Below are positions 29,897 through 38,909 of a stretch of 64,000 nt of DNA, piece after piece. Source of the stretch: Obrimoposthia wandeli (Eukaryota). Below the pieces are notes generated by a model. That model searched no databases and had not been told where the DNA came from. It saw only the letters and a program-made list of their open reading frames with translations. The first letter of the stretch is position 1. Each line of letters begins with the position of its first letter. The translations under genes were made by a program, and so were the position numbers. The DNA is taken from the NCBI GenBank assembly GCA_977020255.1, contig CDROCS010005394.1:124001-188000 (forward strand), written 5' to 3'.

Positions 29897-30286
29897 TTAC
29901 ACCATGATAACGAATAGACAAAAAACAGTCGCAGCAATAAAAGCCGCATAATGTCCCGAGACAATGAACTTGTCGTCAAGCGCTTTGCCTTTAATCCATA
30001 AATCAACGGCTTTAGGCGCTAAAGAAAACCAGGTTATTGTATGATACAACGCCAGTGCCAATGCAATAACATGCACAATAATCGCAACAGGGCTTTGCAA
30101 TGACGCCATCCAGGCATTAAAAGCGGCTTCACCTTGACTTAATCGCAATACACCCCACGCCAGTATTAAGCTATAAATCGTAATGAATACACTACTGCCT
30201 TCGCGGATCATGTATTTAGTATAAAAAAGTTGTTTCATCCACCAGTCAGTAGGTAGCTCTTGTATATAAGGTTTACGTTTACTCAT
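29897..30286 (-). CDS. frdC: Fumarate reductase membrane anchor subunit C
   Basis: MSKRKPY..WW..FYTKYMIREG, LYHTITWFSLAPK. Confidence 0.95.
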   Translation of the reverse strand: MSKRKPYIQELPTDWWMKQLFYTKYMIREGSSVFITIYSLILAWGVLRLSQGEAAFNAWMASLQSPVAIIVHVIALALALYHTITWFSLAPKAVDLWIKGKALDDKFIVSGHYAAFIAATVFCLFVIMV

Positions 30287-30288
30287 TG

Positions 30289-31044
30289 TTATTCCTCAGG
30301 TTTAAACATGCCAATTAGATAGTCTTTACTGCTCTCAACTTTCAATAGCTGAATGGCACCGGCAGGATCAACCCCTTTTGGACAAACAACTGAACAGTAA
30401 CCAACAAACGTACAGCCCCAAACACCTTCTTCTTGATTAACTATTTTCATCCGTTCCGCTTTACCAGCATCACGACTGTCACGGTTATAACGCGCAAGTA
30501 ATGCAAGTGCCGCTGGACCGGTAAATTTCTTGTCTAATGCGTACTGCGGACACGCTGAATAACATAGGCCACAATTGATGCACATGGAGTACTTTTTATA
30601 TTTCTCCATTTGCTCTGGTGTTTGTTTATAAGCACCGTCAGATAAGCATTTCTTTTCGTTTGATGCGGTTTTTGCAGGGATAATGTAAGGCTTTATCTCT
30701 TCCAGTTTCTTAATGAAATCATCCATCACAGCAACTAAGTCACGTTCAATCGGAAAGTTAGCCAATGGTTTTAAAGTAAGCGTTTGAGGATAATAATCAC
30801 GCAAGAACGCTTTACAACCCAGTTTCGGCACACCATCAACCATCAAACCACAACTGCCGCAAATCGCCATACGACAAGACCAGCGGAAACTAATGGTGCT
30901 ATCAAGATGATCTTTAATATATTGCAGCGCTTCTAACACTGACATATCGGCTTTGTAAGGCACTTCAAACGTTTGCATAAACGGTTTTTCATCCATCTCT
31001 GGACGGTAACGCTGAATATCAATTTTCATACTTGGCTGAGTCAT
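30289..31044 (-). CDS. frdB: Fumarate reductase iron-sulfur subunit
   Basis: [12 protein letters not shown] [2Fe-2S], [12 protein letters not shown] [4Fe-4S], [13 protein letters not shown] [3Fe-4S]. Confidence 0.97.
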   Translation of the reverse strand: MTQPSMKIDIQRYRPEMDEKPFMQTFEVPYKADMSVLEALQYIKDHLDSTISFRWSCRMAICGSCGLMVDGVPKLGCKAFLRDYYPQTLTLKPLANFPIERDLVAVMDDFIKKLEEIKPYIIPAKTASNEKKCLSDGAYKQTPEQMEKYKKYSMCINCGLCYSACPQYALDKKFTGPAALALLARYNRDSRDAGKAERMKIVNQEEGVWGCTFVGYCSVVCPKGVDPAGAIQLLKVESSKDYLIGMFKPEE

Positions 31045-32831
31045 TATTTTGCCTCCTGCGCTAATTTCTCACCAGCAGCACCATAGGCACGGACTGCAGG
31101 TTGGCTCTTGGTGATCTTCACTTCGCTATAATCGATTTTAGGTGCTTTATCAGCTTGATAATAAGCCATTGAATGTTTCAAAAACTTGTCATCATCACGC
31201 GCTTCAAAGCCATCAATACGTTGATGTGAACCACGCGATTCTTGGCGTAATATCGCACTGTGCGCCATTGCTTCAGCTGTATCGAGTAAATAACCCAGTT
31301 CAATGGTGTATAAGAAATCAGTATTGAACACGCTAGATTTGTCTTCGACCTTGACGTTTTTATAACGCTGCTTTAGCTCGGCTAATTTATCAATGGTCTT
31401 TTGCATCGATTCTTCAGTACGGTAAATACCAACCCCCTCTTCCATGCAATCGCCCATCTCTTGACGGATATCCGCAGATTTTTCAGAACCGTCACTGTGT
31501 AACAGGGCGTTCATGCGTTTAATCACTGCTTCAGCCTGTACTTTCAGTGGGGCAATATCTTGATGTTGAGTATTTTTGGCATATTTAGCGGCTTCTTGAC
31601 CGGCAAGTTGACCAAATACAGCCAATTCAGTCAATGAGTTAGAACCTAAACGGTTAGCACCATGTAAGCCAACTGACGCACATTCACCAATGGCATATAA
31701 CCCTGATAGTGACGTTGCTGTTTTCGCATTAGTGGCAATACCACCCATGGTGTAATGCACTGTTGGACGAACAGGAATTGGTTCATGCACTGGATCAACA
31801 CCAACATACGCTTTTGCTAGTTCACGAATAAACGGCAAGCGCTCATTGATTTTTTCTTCGCCTAAATGACGTAGATCGAGATAAACATAATCACCACGTT
31901 CACCTTCAACAACGCGGCCTTTTTGCTGTTCTTGCCAGAAACATTGGCTCAGCTTGTCGCGTGGACCCAGCTCCATGTATTTATTCTTGGTTTGACCAAC
32001 CGGTACTTCAGGTCCTAAACCATAATCTTGCAGATAACGATAACCGTCTTTATTAACTAGAATTCCGCCTTCACCACGGCAACCTTCCGTCATTAAAATA
32101 CCGCTACCCGGTAAACCTGTTGGATGGTATTGCACAAATTCCATATCTCGCAGTGCGATGCCATGGCGATAAGCCAGTGACATACCATCACCGGTAACAA
32201 TGCCGCCGTTGGTATTGTAGCTATACACACGCCCTGCACCACCGGTTGCCATGATCACCGATTTAGCTTGGATCAGTTTGATTTCACCTTCAGCGATATC
32301 AAGGATCACGACACCTTGGATCTTGCCATCTTCAACAATCAGATCTAAACAAAAATGCTCATCGTAGCGGGTAATTTTAGGGTGCTGAACAGACGTCTGA
32401 AACAGGGTATGGAGAATATGGAAACCACTTTTATCTGCTGCAAACCAAGTACGTTCGATTTTCATGCCGCCAAATGCGCGCACGTTTATCGAACCGTCGG
32501 GTTTACGACTCCACGGACAACCCCAATGTTCTAATTGAGTAAGCTGTTTCGCTGCGTTCTCGACAAAATACTCTACGACATCTTGGTCGCAAAGCCAATC
32601 GCCACCTGATACGGTATCGTTAAAGTGATTGTCTAAAGAGTCATGATCTTGCGCGACACCTGCAGCGCCACCCTCTGCGGCCACAGTGTGGCTACGCATA
32701 GGATATACTTTGGAAATAAGGGCAATATCAAGCTCGGGATTATTTTCCGCTATTTCTATCGCAGCGCGTAAACCAGAACCACCAGCGCCAATAATGGCAA
32801 CATCTGTTTGAATTATTTTAAATTTATGCAT
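31044..32831 (-). CDS. frdA: Fumarate reductase flavoprotein subunit
   Basis: Probable start ATG at 32831 ([10 protein letters not shown]); [15 protein letters not shown] covalent-FAD His, [32 protein letters not shown]. Confidence 0.97.
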   Translation of the reverse strand: MHKFKIIQTDVAIIGAGGSGLRAAIEIAENNPELDIALISKVYPMRSHTVAAEGGAAGVAQDHDSLDNHFNDTVSGGDWLCDQDVVEYFVENAAKQLTQLEHWGCPWSRKPDGSINVRAFGGMKIERTWFAADKSGFHILHTLFQTSVQHPKITRYDEHFCLDLIVEDGKIQGVVILDIAEGEIKLIQAKSVIMATGGAGRVYSYNTNGGIVTGDGMSLAYRHGIALRDMEFVQYHPTGLPGSGILMTEGCRGEGGILVNKDGYRYLQDYGLGPEVPVGQTKNKYMELGPRDKLSQCFWQEQQKGRVVEGERGDYVYLDLRHLGEEKINERLPFIRELAKAYVGVDPVHEPIPVRPTVHYTMGGIATNAKTATSLSGLYAIGECASVGLHGANRLGSNSLTELAVFGQLAGQEAAKYAKNTQHQDIAPLKVQAEAVIKRMNALLHSDGSEKSADIRQEMGDCMEEGVGIYRTEESMQKTIDKLAELKQRYKNVKVEDKSSVFNTDFLYTIELGYLLDTAEAMAHSAILRQESRGSHQRIDGFEARDDDKFLKHSMAYYQADKAPKIDYSEVKITKSQPAVRAYGAAGEKLAQEAK

Positions 32832-32899
32832 TTTAACCCACATCAAAAGTTGATTAACCTTGGTTTATCAAGGTCACTCTAATTGCGAACAACGCATCA

Positions 32900-32930
32900 A
32901 CTTAATCCCTATTTACCAGCGGGATTAAGT
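32900..32930. other. Perfect 10-bp stem-loop between the M20 peptidase and frdA, without a U-tract
   Basis: ACTTAATCCC-11 nt-GGGATTAAGT; no poly-T on either side. Confidence 0.7.
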
Positions 32931-32961
32931 CGCACGTTATATTGTTATTGTTATTCTTGTT

Positions 32962-34101
32962 TTATTTATTCTTTTGTTTTTCGGCTAACTTGGTTAATAC
33001 ACGCATTAACAATTTAATACGCGGTTCAATCGACTCAAGTAACAAATACTCATCTGCGCTATGGAAACCAGCACCGATTGGTCCTAGACCATCTAATGTT
33101 GGCACACCGAGAATTGCAGTATTATTGGCATCCGAGCCACCGCCTGCTTCTTTCCAATTAATCTTAATTGCTAATTCTTGCGCTGATTCCTCAACAAGTG
33201 TCATCAACGCTTGCGTTTGCGCAGTAGGCACCATTGAAGGCTTATAAGCTTCACGCGTTAATTCAATCGATACACAGTCAACGAATGGCGTTTGCGTCAT
33301 GCCATTTAAAACCGTATCAACATGGTCGTATTCGCTGTTATCCCAAAAGCGTACATCGACGATGGCAGTCGCTAAATCAGGGACAATATTCGCGCCCGCA
33401 CCACCAGCAACAACACCGACATTTAACGTGGTACCGGATTCAAAATTAGTCATGGCGTTGGTTGCCAAGATCCAATTCGCCATTTCAGTAATAGCACTGC
33501 GACCGTTCTCAGGTTCATTGCCAGCATGCGCAGCTTTGCCCTTAAAGGTCATTTTATAACGCGCCATTCCTTTACGTGCTTTAACCAAACCACCGTCAGC
33601 ACGTGCAGCTTCCGCTACCAAGACATGCTTAGCTTGTTTGGCTGTTGCTTGGATCCAGTCAACGGAATATAACGAACCCGTTTCTTCATCTGGATTCATG
33701 CATATACAAATCGACAACTCATCCAGTACCGATTGGTCAATATGACGTAATGCGTAAACCACATTCAGTAAACCGGATTTCATATCAGACACACCAGGAC
33801 CATATGCTTTCGTCGCATCGGTCGTCATCGGGCGCTCTGTAGCAGTACCAACAGGGAAAACCGTGTCCATATGGCCAAGCAACAACACATCGATATGTTC
33901 AGCGTCTGGTTTATTACGCACTTCAAGACCAACACCCGCTTTACCACAATCAATTCGTTTAACTGACCAGCCGTTCATCGTTTCATATTTACTTGCCATT
34001 TCACTAGCAATAAAATCAATACCTTCAACAGTGTAAGTACCGCAATCAACATTAATAAGTGGTCGTAATTCTTCTAGGTAATCATTTAAAGACAATTTCA
34101 T
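32962..34101 (-). CDS. M20 metallopeptidase (carboxypeptidase G2-like)
   Basis: LLGHMDTVFP, GPGVSDMKSG, NPDEETGS, GKAAHAG, GGSDAN, GFHSADEY metal-binding motifs; no signal peptide. Confidence 0.93.
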   Translation of the reverse strand: MKLSLNDYLEELRPLINVDCGTYTVEGIDFIASEMASKYETMNGWSVKRIDCGKAGVGLEVRNKPDAEHIDVLLLGHMDTVFPVGTATERPMTTDATKAYGPGVSDMKSGLLNVVYALRHIDQSVLDELSICICMNPDEETGSLYSVDWIQATAKQAKHVLVAEAARADGGLVKARKGMARYKMTFKGKAAHAGNEPENGRSAITEMANWILATNAMTNFESGTTLNVGVVAGGAGANIVPDLATAIVDVRFWDNSEYDHVDTVLNGMTQTPFVDCVSIELTREAYKPSMVPTAQTQALMTLVEESAQELAIKINWKEAGGGSDANNTAILGVPTLDGLGPIGAGFHSADEYLLLESIEPRIKLLMRVLTKLAEKQKNK

Positions 34102-34111
34102 TTTATACCTC

Positions 34112-34579
34112 TTAAAGGATAATATTCATGACTAGCATCGCACCAAAGGCATTCAATACTGAAATCGCGATCATAACTGGAATGTAACGACCTTCAGTAC
34201 CAATCGGCCCCATAATGCGGCCCATGTACTGCACTTGAGAGCCCATAAGGTAAATAGCTGGTGCAAGAATTGAAATGTGAGCGCCATTCAAAATGCCTTG
34301 GTCAAACAAGGTTATAACCACGCCAACTGCACCACCCATCGACATCCATGCGCCGATTAATACCGCAGCGGCCTCGCCAGGTAGACCAAAGACCGCCATT
34401 ATCGGCGAAAATACCGTGCCCATTAAGGCAAGCGCACCCGTGATTTGTAATGCTTTAATAATAACGAAGGCCATCAATACATTTGGCACTGTTGAAGTGG
34501 TTGCAATAACCCAGCCTTTTTTAGCACCTTCAACAAAGATGTCAGTGACCATAGGTTTTTTTACTGTCTCGTTGCTCAT
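34112..34579 (-). CDS. yjiG: YjiG-family (SpmB/gate-domain) membrane protein
   Basis: VTDIFVEGAKKGW, PNVLMAFVIIKAL, FGLPGEAAAVL, YLMGSQVQY. Confidence 0.88.
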   Translation of the reverse strand: MSNETVKKPMVTDIFVEGAKKGWVIATTSTVPNVLMAFVIIKALQITGALALMGTVFSPIMAVFGLPGEAAAVLIGAWMSMGGAVGVVITLFDQGILNGAHISILAPAIYLMGSQVQYMGRIMGPIGTEGRYIPVMIAISVLNAFGAMLVMNIIL

Positions 34580-35313
34580 GATGCTGTCTCCTCAATCATT
34601 TTTTTATCACTGCCTTTACTGCTACCTTCTTTGCCTTCGGTGATATTTAAGTAAATACGGAATAAGTTTGCGCCGACAAATTTGAATGCGAACATCACGA
34701 TAACGGCGAGTCCAATAGAAGAAGGCACCGCAACAGATCCGTCTGGATTTGTTAAGGTAAATAGCACTGCGCCTGAAGAGAAGAAGTTAACGATAGCGGC
34801 ACCAGCAGTGAACTGGAACATGGTAAAGATATCGGTTTCACGCTTGGTTAAATGATTTTCATCTTTTAATTGGCGTGTCATCGCAGCGCCAGCATCGGTA
34901 CTTTGGAGTGAGGCAATAAGGGCCAATCCGGTATTACCAGGGATCCCCATTAATGGGCGTAAAAGAGGGGTTAACAATTTACGGGCTGCATTAAGCGCAC
35001 CGTAATGTTCAAGCACGTTGATCATGCCCAACGCAAACATAACCGTTGGAATTAACGTTAACGCAAAAATAAAACCATCACGCGCGCCACTACCGCCTTT
35101 ACCACGCAGTGATGTTGTTGCAGCTTGAACGCCGTCTGCCGTTTCAGACACTGAATACGCAACTTTACCAAATGAGCCGTTAAGAGTGGTGAAATCAAAC
35201 ACGCCATACCATTCGTTAGATTGCATCAAACCAGAAAAGAAGACCATCGCAAAGACAAGCGCAATATATCCACCGATCTTAACTTTAGGATCATTTGCAG
35301 TTGGTTTAGTCAT
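34576..35313 (-). CDS. yjiH: YjiH-family (SpmA/nucleoside-recognition gate) membrane protein
   Basis: Start probably the ATG at 35313; FDFTTLNGSFG, GSGARDGF, LLTPLLRPLMGIPG, LQSTDAGA; overlaps yjiG by 4 nt. Confidence 0.88.
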   Translation of the reverse strand: MTKPTANDPKVKIGGYIALVFAMVFFSGLMQSNEWYGVFDFTTLNGSFGKVAYSVSETADGVQAATTSLRGKGGSGARDGFIFALTLIPTVMFALGMINVLEHYGALNAARKLLTPLLRPLMGIPGNTGLALIASLQSTDAGAAMTRQLKDENHLTKRETDIFTMFQFTAGAAIVNFFSSGAVLFTLTNPDGSVAVPSSIGLAVIVMFAFKFVGANLFRIYLNITEGKEGSSKGSDKKMIEETAS

Positions 35314-35403
35314 AAGCACCCCGAGATAATTATTAGATAAGGCAAAAATTCACCTGTTAACTGTGTAATCATGCGCCCACACAGCCGGTAACCATTAAGG
35401 GGT

Positions 35404-35444
35404 ATTCTGAACGAGTTGTTATTTCGACATTTGATTTGAATCAA
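35404..35444 (-). promoter_or_regulatory. FNR box plus -10 element (class II FNR promoter) upstream of yjiH
   Basis: Perfect TTGAT-TTGA-ATCAA at 35431-35444; CAGAAT on minus at 35404-35409 places the box centre about 41 bp upstream of the predicted TSS (~35397). Confidence 0.8.
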
Positions 35445-35892
35445 TAAAAACAGCTAAAAATCACCAAGAGCGATTTAGGTGTAATATTTTGTGATCCACC
35501 TATATACACAGGTTTATATATCGAATACGTGCGATTATTGAAGTTTATTATCAGTAACTTATCGATTTGATAACGATAATCCATTTTACTTATGGTTTAT
35601 TAAGTAAAATTGCGATTACGCCCTAATAATTCAATATGAGACAAGTCTAAATTTAATTTTAAAAATAAATTATGTTTGATAGATGAGTCTTTAACACGTT
35701 CAAAAAACAAGCAACGAATGGCAGAGTAAGCATCATGCTTACGCAAAAAGAGTGCTACCTATAGATTTATAAGGTGAATAGATTTGTATGGTGAAATATT
35801 GGCAATATTAATAGACTTGTACTGCTTATAGGACAGCATTGATGAGGTTGTAAGGACAGGTATATGTGTAATAACTATAATAAGGTACTAAT

Positions 35893-35931
35893 AAAAAAGC
35901 ACTAAGGCTGTAATTACAGCGTTAGTGCTTT
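35893..35931 (-). terminator. Intrinsic terminator after ohr-doxX
   Basis: AAAAAAGCACTAA-GGCTGTAATTACAGCG-TTAGTGCTTT. Confidence 0.8.
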
Positions 35932-35992
35932 CTATATAAAAAGTAACGGTACTGACATAGAGCGACAAACGGCGAATCAGTGCATCACGGCG

Positions 35993-36388
35993 TTACTTTT
36001 CAGCAATGTCAGTGTTCGTCACTAACCAAGAATGGCCAGACAGCACGAGCAAACCTGCAAGAATACCTAAGTTTTTAATGAAGTTTTGCATTTCATGCGC
36101 GCCTTCAAGGCCAGCTAAATTCCAGAAATCATGCAAGTTAACATTAATCACCAACACCAAGCCTGCCAGTAATAACGCTACAATTGCGGTATAGCGATTA
36201 GCAATCAATAAGATCGCCGCCACAATCTGGAATACACCCGCCGCTGCCAATAATACCGGCACGAATGGCATGTTATGCTTTTCCATTAAGCCAATGTGCA
36301 TATCCCAAGATACAAACTTCATAATGCCAGGGATTAAAAAATACAATGCCAACAAGATTCGGCCAACGGTTAATAATATTTTATTCAT
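35993..36388 (-). CDS. DoxX-family membrane protein
   Basis: VGRILLALYF..GIMK, four TM segments, HDFW, NFIKNLGILAGLL; starts 1 nt after the ohr stop. Confidence 0.88.
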   Translation of the reverse strand: MNKILLTVGRILLALYFLIPGIMKFVSWDMHIGLMEKHNMPFVPVLLAAAGVFQIVAAILLIANRYTAIVALLLAGLVLVINVNLHDFWNLAGLEGAHEMQNFIKNLGILAGLLVLSGHSWLVTNTDIAEK

Positions 36389-36389
36389 C

Positions 36390-36812
36390 TTATGCTTGAC
36401 CCTTTACGCTAAGTTGTACATCAATATTACCGCGAACAGCATTTGAATAAGGGCAAACTTGATGCGCAGTCGCGACTAATTTCTCTGCATCTGCTTGTGG
36501 CAAGGCTAATTCAATCGCGAGGCTAACCGTTAATGCAAAACCGCCAGTCGCGTTAGGACCAATGCCCACTTCAGCAGAGACTGGTGCAGCCGTAATGTTG
36601 ATTTTCATTTCACGAGCAACATGCAAAATCGCATTCGAGAAACAAGCCGCATAACCAGCTGCAAATAACTGTTCAGGATTTGTAGCGCCGCCCTTACCAC
36701 CCATTTCTTTTGGATAGCTTAATGCTAACGATAACATACCATCATCTGTTTCGACTTGGCCGTTACGACCCGCTGATGCTGTTGCTGTAGTTGTATAAAG
36801 TGTTGTCATCAT
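36390..36812 (-). CDS. ohr: Organic hydroperoxide resistance protein Ohr
   Basis: ASAGRNG, GATNPEQLFAAGYAACF, AHQVCPYSNAVRGNI (both catalytic Cys). Confidence 0.96.
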   Translation of the reverse strand: MMTTLYTTTATASAGRNGQVETDDGMLSLALSYPKEMGGKGGATNPEQLFAAGYAACFSNAILHVAREMKINITAAPVSAEVGIGPNATGGFALTVSLAIELALPQADAEKLVATAHQVCPYSNAVRGNIDVQLSVKGQA

Positions 36813-36837
36813 TAATTCCTTTAAAATAAGTTCAAGT

Positions 36838-36910
36838 TAGATTGTGCGCAATTCAATTGCAATTACTATAATCCTGATGAAACACAATTACAACTAGATT
36901 GTGCGCAATT
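36838..36910. promoter_or_regulatory. Two identical 16-bp operator-like boxes upstream of ohr (candidate OhrR/MarR sites)
   Basis: TAGATTGTGCGCAATT at 36838-36853 and 36895-36910; core ATTG-TGCG-CAAT is quasi-palindromic. Confidence 0.65.
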
Positions 36911-37024
36911 TATATTTTTATGATAATAGACATACGTAAAAATATTGATGACCGTAATGAAGCATAAGCTTTGTATAGAATAGCTATAACTAGAAATAAA
37001 CAGATATGGTAGGTCGCCATAGAC

Positions 37025-37061
37025 AAAAAAAGCGCCGTCATGACAGGCATGACGGCGCTTT
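37025..37061 (-). terminator. Intrinsic terminator after the DUF3332 gene
   Basis: AAAAAAA-GCGCCGTCATG-ACAGG-CATGACGGCGC-TTT. Confidence 0.88.
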
Positions 37062-37083
37062 AAAAATAAAACAAAAACGAAGA

Positions 37084-37617
37084 CTATAAGCTTGCTACGT
37101 GATCCAGCAGCTGTTGGTTATTTGCAACTGCAACTAACCGACCCTGATTATAAAAAGCAACGTCATTATTGACTAAACGTTTACCAATAATTGATTGCTC
37201 ACTACCGTCAACATAAGCCACATGTAACGCTAGGCTATCATCACTCAGCACTTCCATCGATGTTGATTGCACCGATACCTGAAGATTTGTCAGTGGTGCA
37301 CTACGTAATGACGGATCAATATCATCGTTAACCTTCATCCATGCTTCAACCGGTGTATCCGCCACAGCAGGGCCTTTTCTGGTGATAGGGTTAGTACCAG
37401 TCCAGAACTCAATACTGTTAATGACCATCAAATCAACCAATGATGTAACCGCATAAACAGGCGCTGCTAACACGTAGATCCCAGCACGACCATAACGATT
37501 ATCAACTGCTTTTAAGTTCACGCCCACTGCTAATTTCGTCAAACCCATTTGACCAATACAACCCGTTAGCCCAGATACCGATGCAGCTATAACCGTTGCA
37601 CAAATCAATTTTTTCAT
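37084..37617 (-). CDS. DUF3332-family lipoprotein
   Basis: Probable start MKKLICATVIAASVSGLTGC (lipobox LTGC); VDNRYGRAG, NSIEFWTGTNP motif. Confidence 0.82.
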   Translation of the reverse strand: MKKLICATVIAASVSGLTGCIGQMGLTKLAVGVNLKAVDNRYGRAGIYVLAAPVYAVTSLVDLMVINSIEFWTGTNPITRKGPAVADTPVEAWMKVNDDIDPSLRSAPLTNLQVSVQSTSMEVLSDDSLALHVAYVDGSEQSIIGKRLVNNDVAFYNQGRLVAVANNQQLLDHVASL

Positions 37618-37716
37618 TTTCATTTTACTTTCCATTCGCTATTTATACTATTTTAATAAATATTACTTTAATAAAAAATAATTTAATAAATACGAACTAT
37701 TTCAGTGTCGTACCTA

Positions 37717-38550
37717 TTACTTTTCCTGCGCCGTAAACTGCCCTAGAGCAATACCGACATTACTGTATAAAGTTAATGTTTTATCAATCACTTTATAATT
37801 ATCAGCTTCTGATAATGCAGTTAAAAATTGCGTTTCCAAGTTCATTTGTTGAAAGCACATTTTCTTTGTTGTTAACAATTGCGTCAGATTAACGTTACTC
37901 GCGAATACATCATAACGACCGTTAAAACGGTTACAGCCAGCAAAACCAATCACTTTGTTATCATCTTGGGTAAATGTAAGGTAAGGCTGTTGCTGTGTTA
38001 CATCCGCAGTGATCGCTTGCGTGCCTAACATCGACAATTGCCACTGCGTATCAACTAAACTCGCGAGTCCGTCATCTTTTATTGCGGAGCGTACTTGTGA
38101 CACTAAAATTTCAGTTGGGTTCAGCCCCTGATTAACAAATGCATCGACCTGCTCTGCATTGGTAAACAATAATTGACCATCAAGCGTGATCTGCGCCCGT
38201 AAGGCATAACGATGTTGCGGTTTAATGTCTGCAGCGTTATAGCTTAAATTCAATTGATACGGGGGGCCACCCTCTGCAGTAATGGTTTGTTTCGCTACCA
38301 CCTCTGCTGCTACATCCATTTTAGAAACGTCTTCTAAAATGACGCTAACCTGCGCACCTGGCGGCAAAGCAATACGCTGTAAATAAAACACGTTCGCAGT
38401 CATCGTCTGTTGCTGGATAGTAACCGCTTGATCAGCCTTCGTCGTTTGCTCGCCTGTCGCAACACAACCACCTAAACTCATTAATAAACCCGTGATAACA
38501 GCCGCCGTTAAGGCCGTTTTACGATTTAGTCGATGTTTATTTTTTTGCAT
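37717..38550 (-). CDS. Lipoprotein with YbaY (YscW/pilotin-like) domain and META/HslJ domain
   Basis: Lipobox LGGC; YLQRIALPPGA.V.V.LEDVSKMD, YALRAQI (YbaY); WQLSMLG, GFAGCNRFNG, TKKMC..MNLE..FL..L (META). Confidence 0.9.
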   Translation of the reverse strand: MQKNKHRLNRKTALTAAVITGLLMSLGGCVATGEQTTKADQAVTIQQQTMTANVFYLQRIALPPGAQVSVILEDVSKMDVAAEVVAKQTITAEGGPPYQLNLSYNAADIKPQHRYALRAQITLDGQLLFTNAEQVDAFVNQGLNPTEILVSQVRSAIKDDGLASLVDTQWQLSMLGTQAITADVTQQQPYLTFTQDDNKVIGFAGCNRFNGRYDVFASNVNLTQLLTTKKMCFQQMNLETQFLTALSEADNYKVIDKTLTLYSNVGIALGQFTAQEK

Positions 38551-38909
38551 GTAAATAGCTACCTTTAAAGAATATTTTGCACTGAATTACTTGAATCCAG
38601 TATCACCCTGTCGAGGTTAGAGCTAACCGCATCAATTAGCAAATGATAAAACACTTCGCTATATAAAAGTAATGGCATTAATGCAGGTTAACAACGATAG
38701 CGGTATACTTGAATACGCATTTAAAATAGCGATAGGCTAGGTAACCGTTAAAACCAGAGACGGCATAATACACAATATAATAAACCATACAATAGCACTA
38801 ATTATTATTAATGAATTATTAATCGAGAGAAGCGAGATTATTTCAGCATAATACTCGGCCATAAAAAATTAAGCCTCTGCAGTACAAAGGCTTAACTTAC
38901 AAAGAGGAC

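Noticed and set aside
32850-32871. TTGAT...ATCAA before frdA as an FNR site
   Set aside because: Half-sites are 12 nt apart, not 4, and the element is too close to the start codon for a class II promoter.
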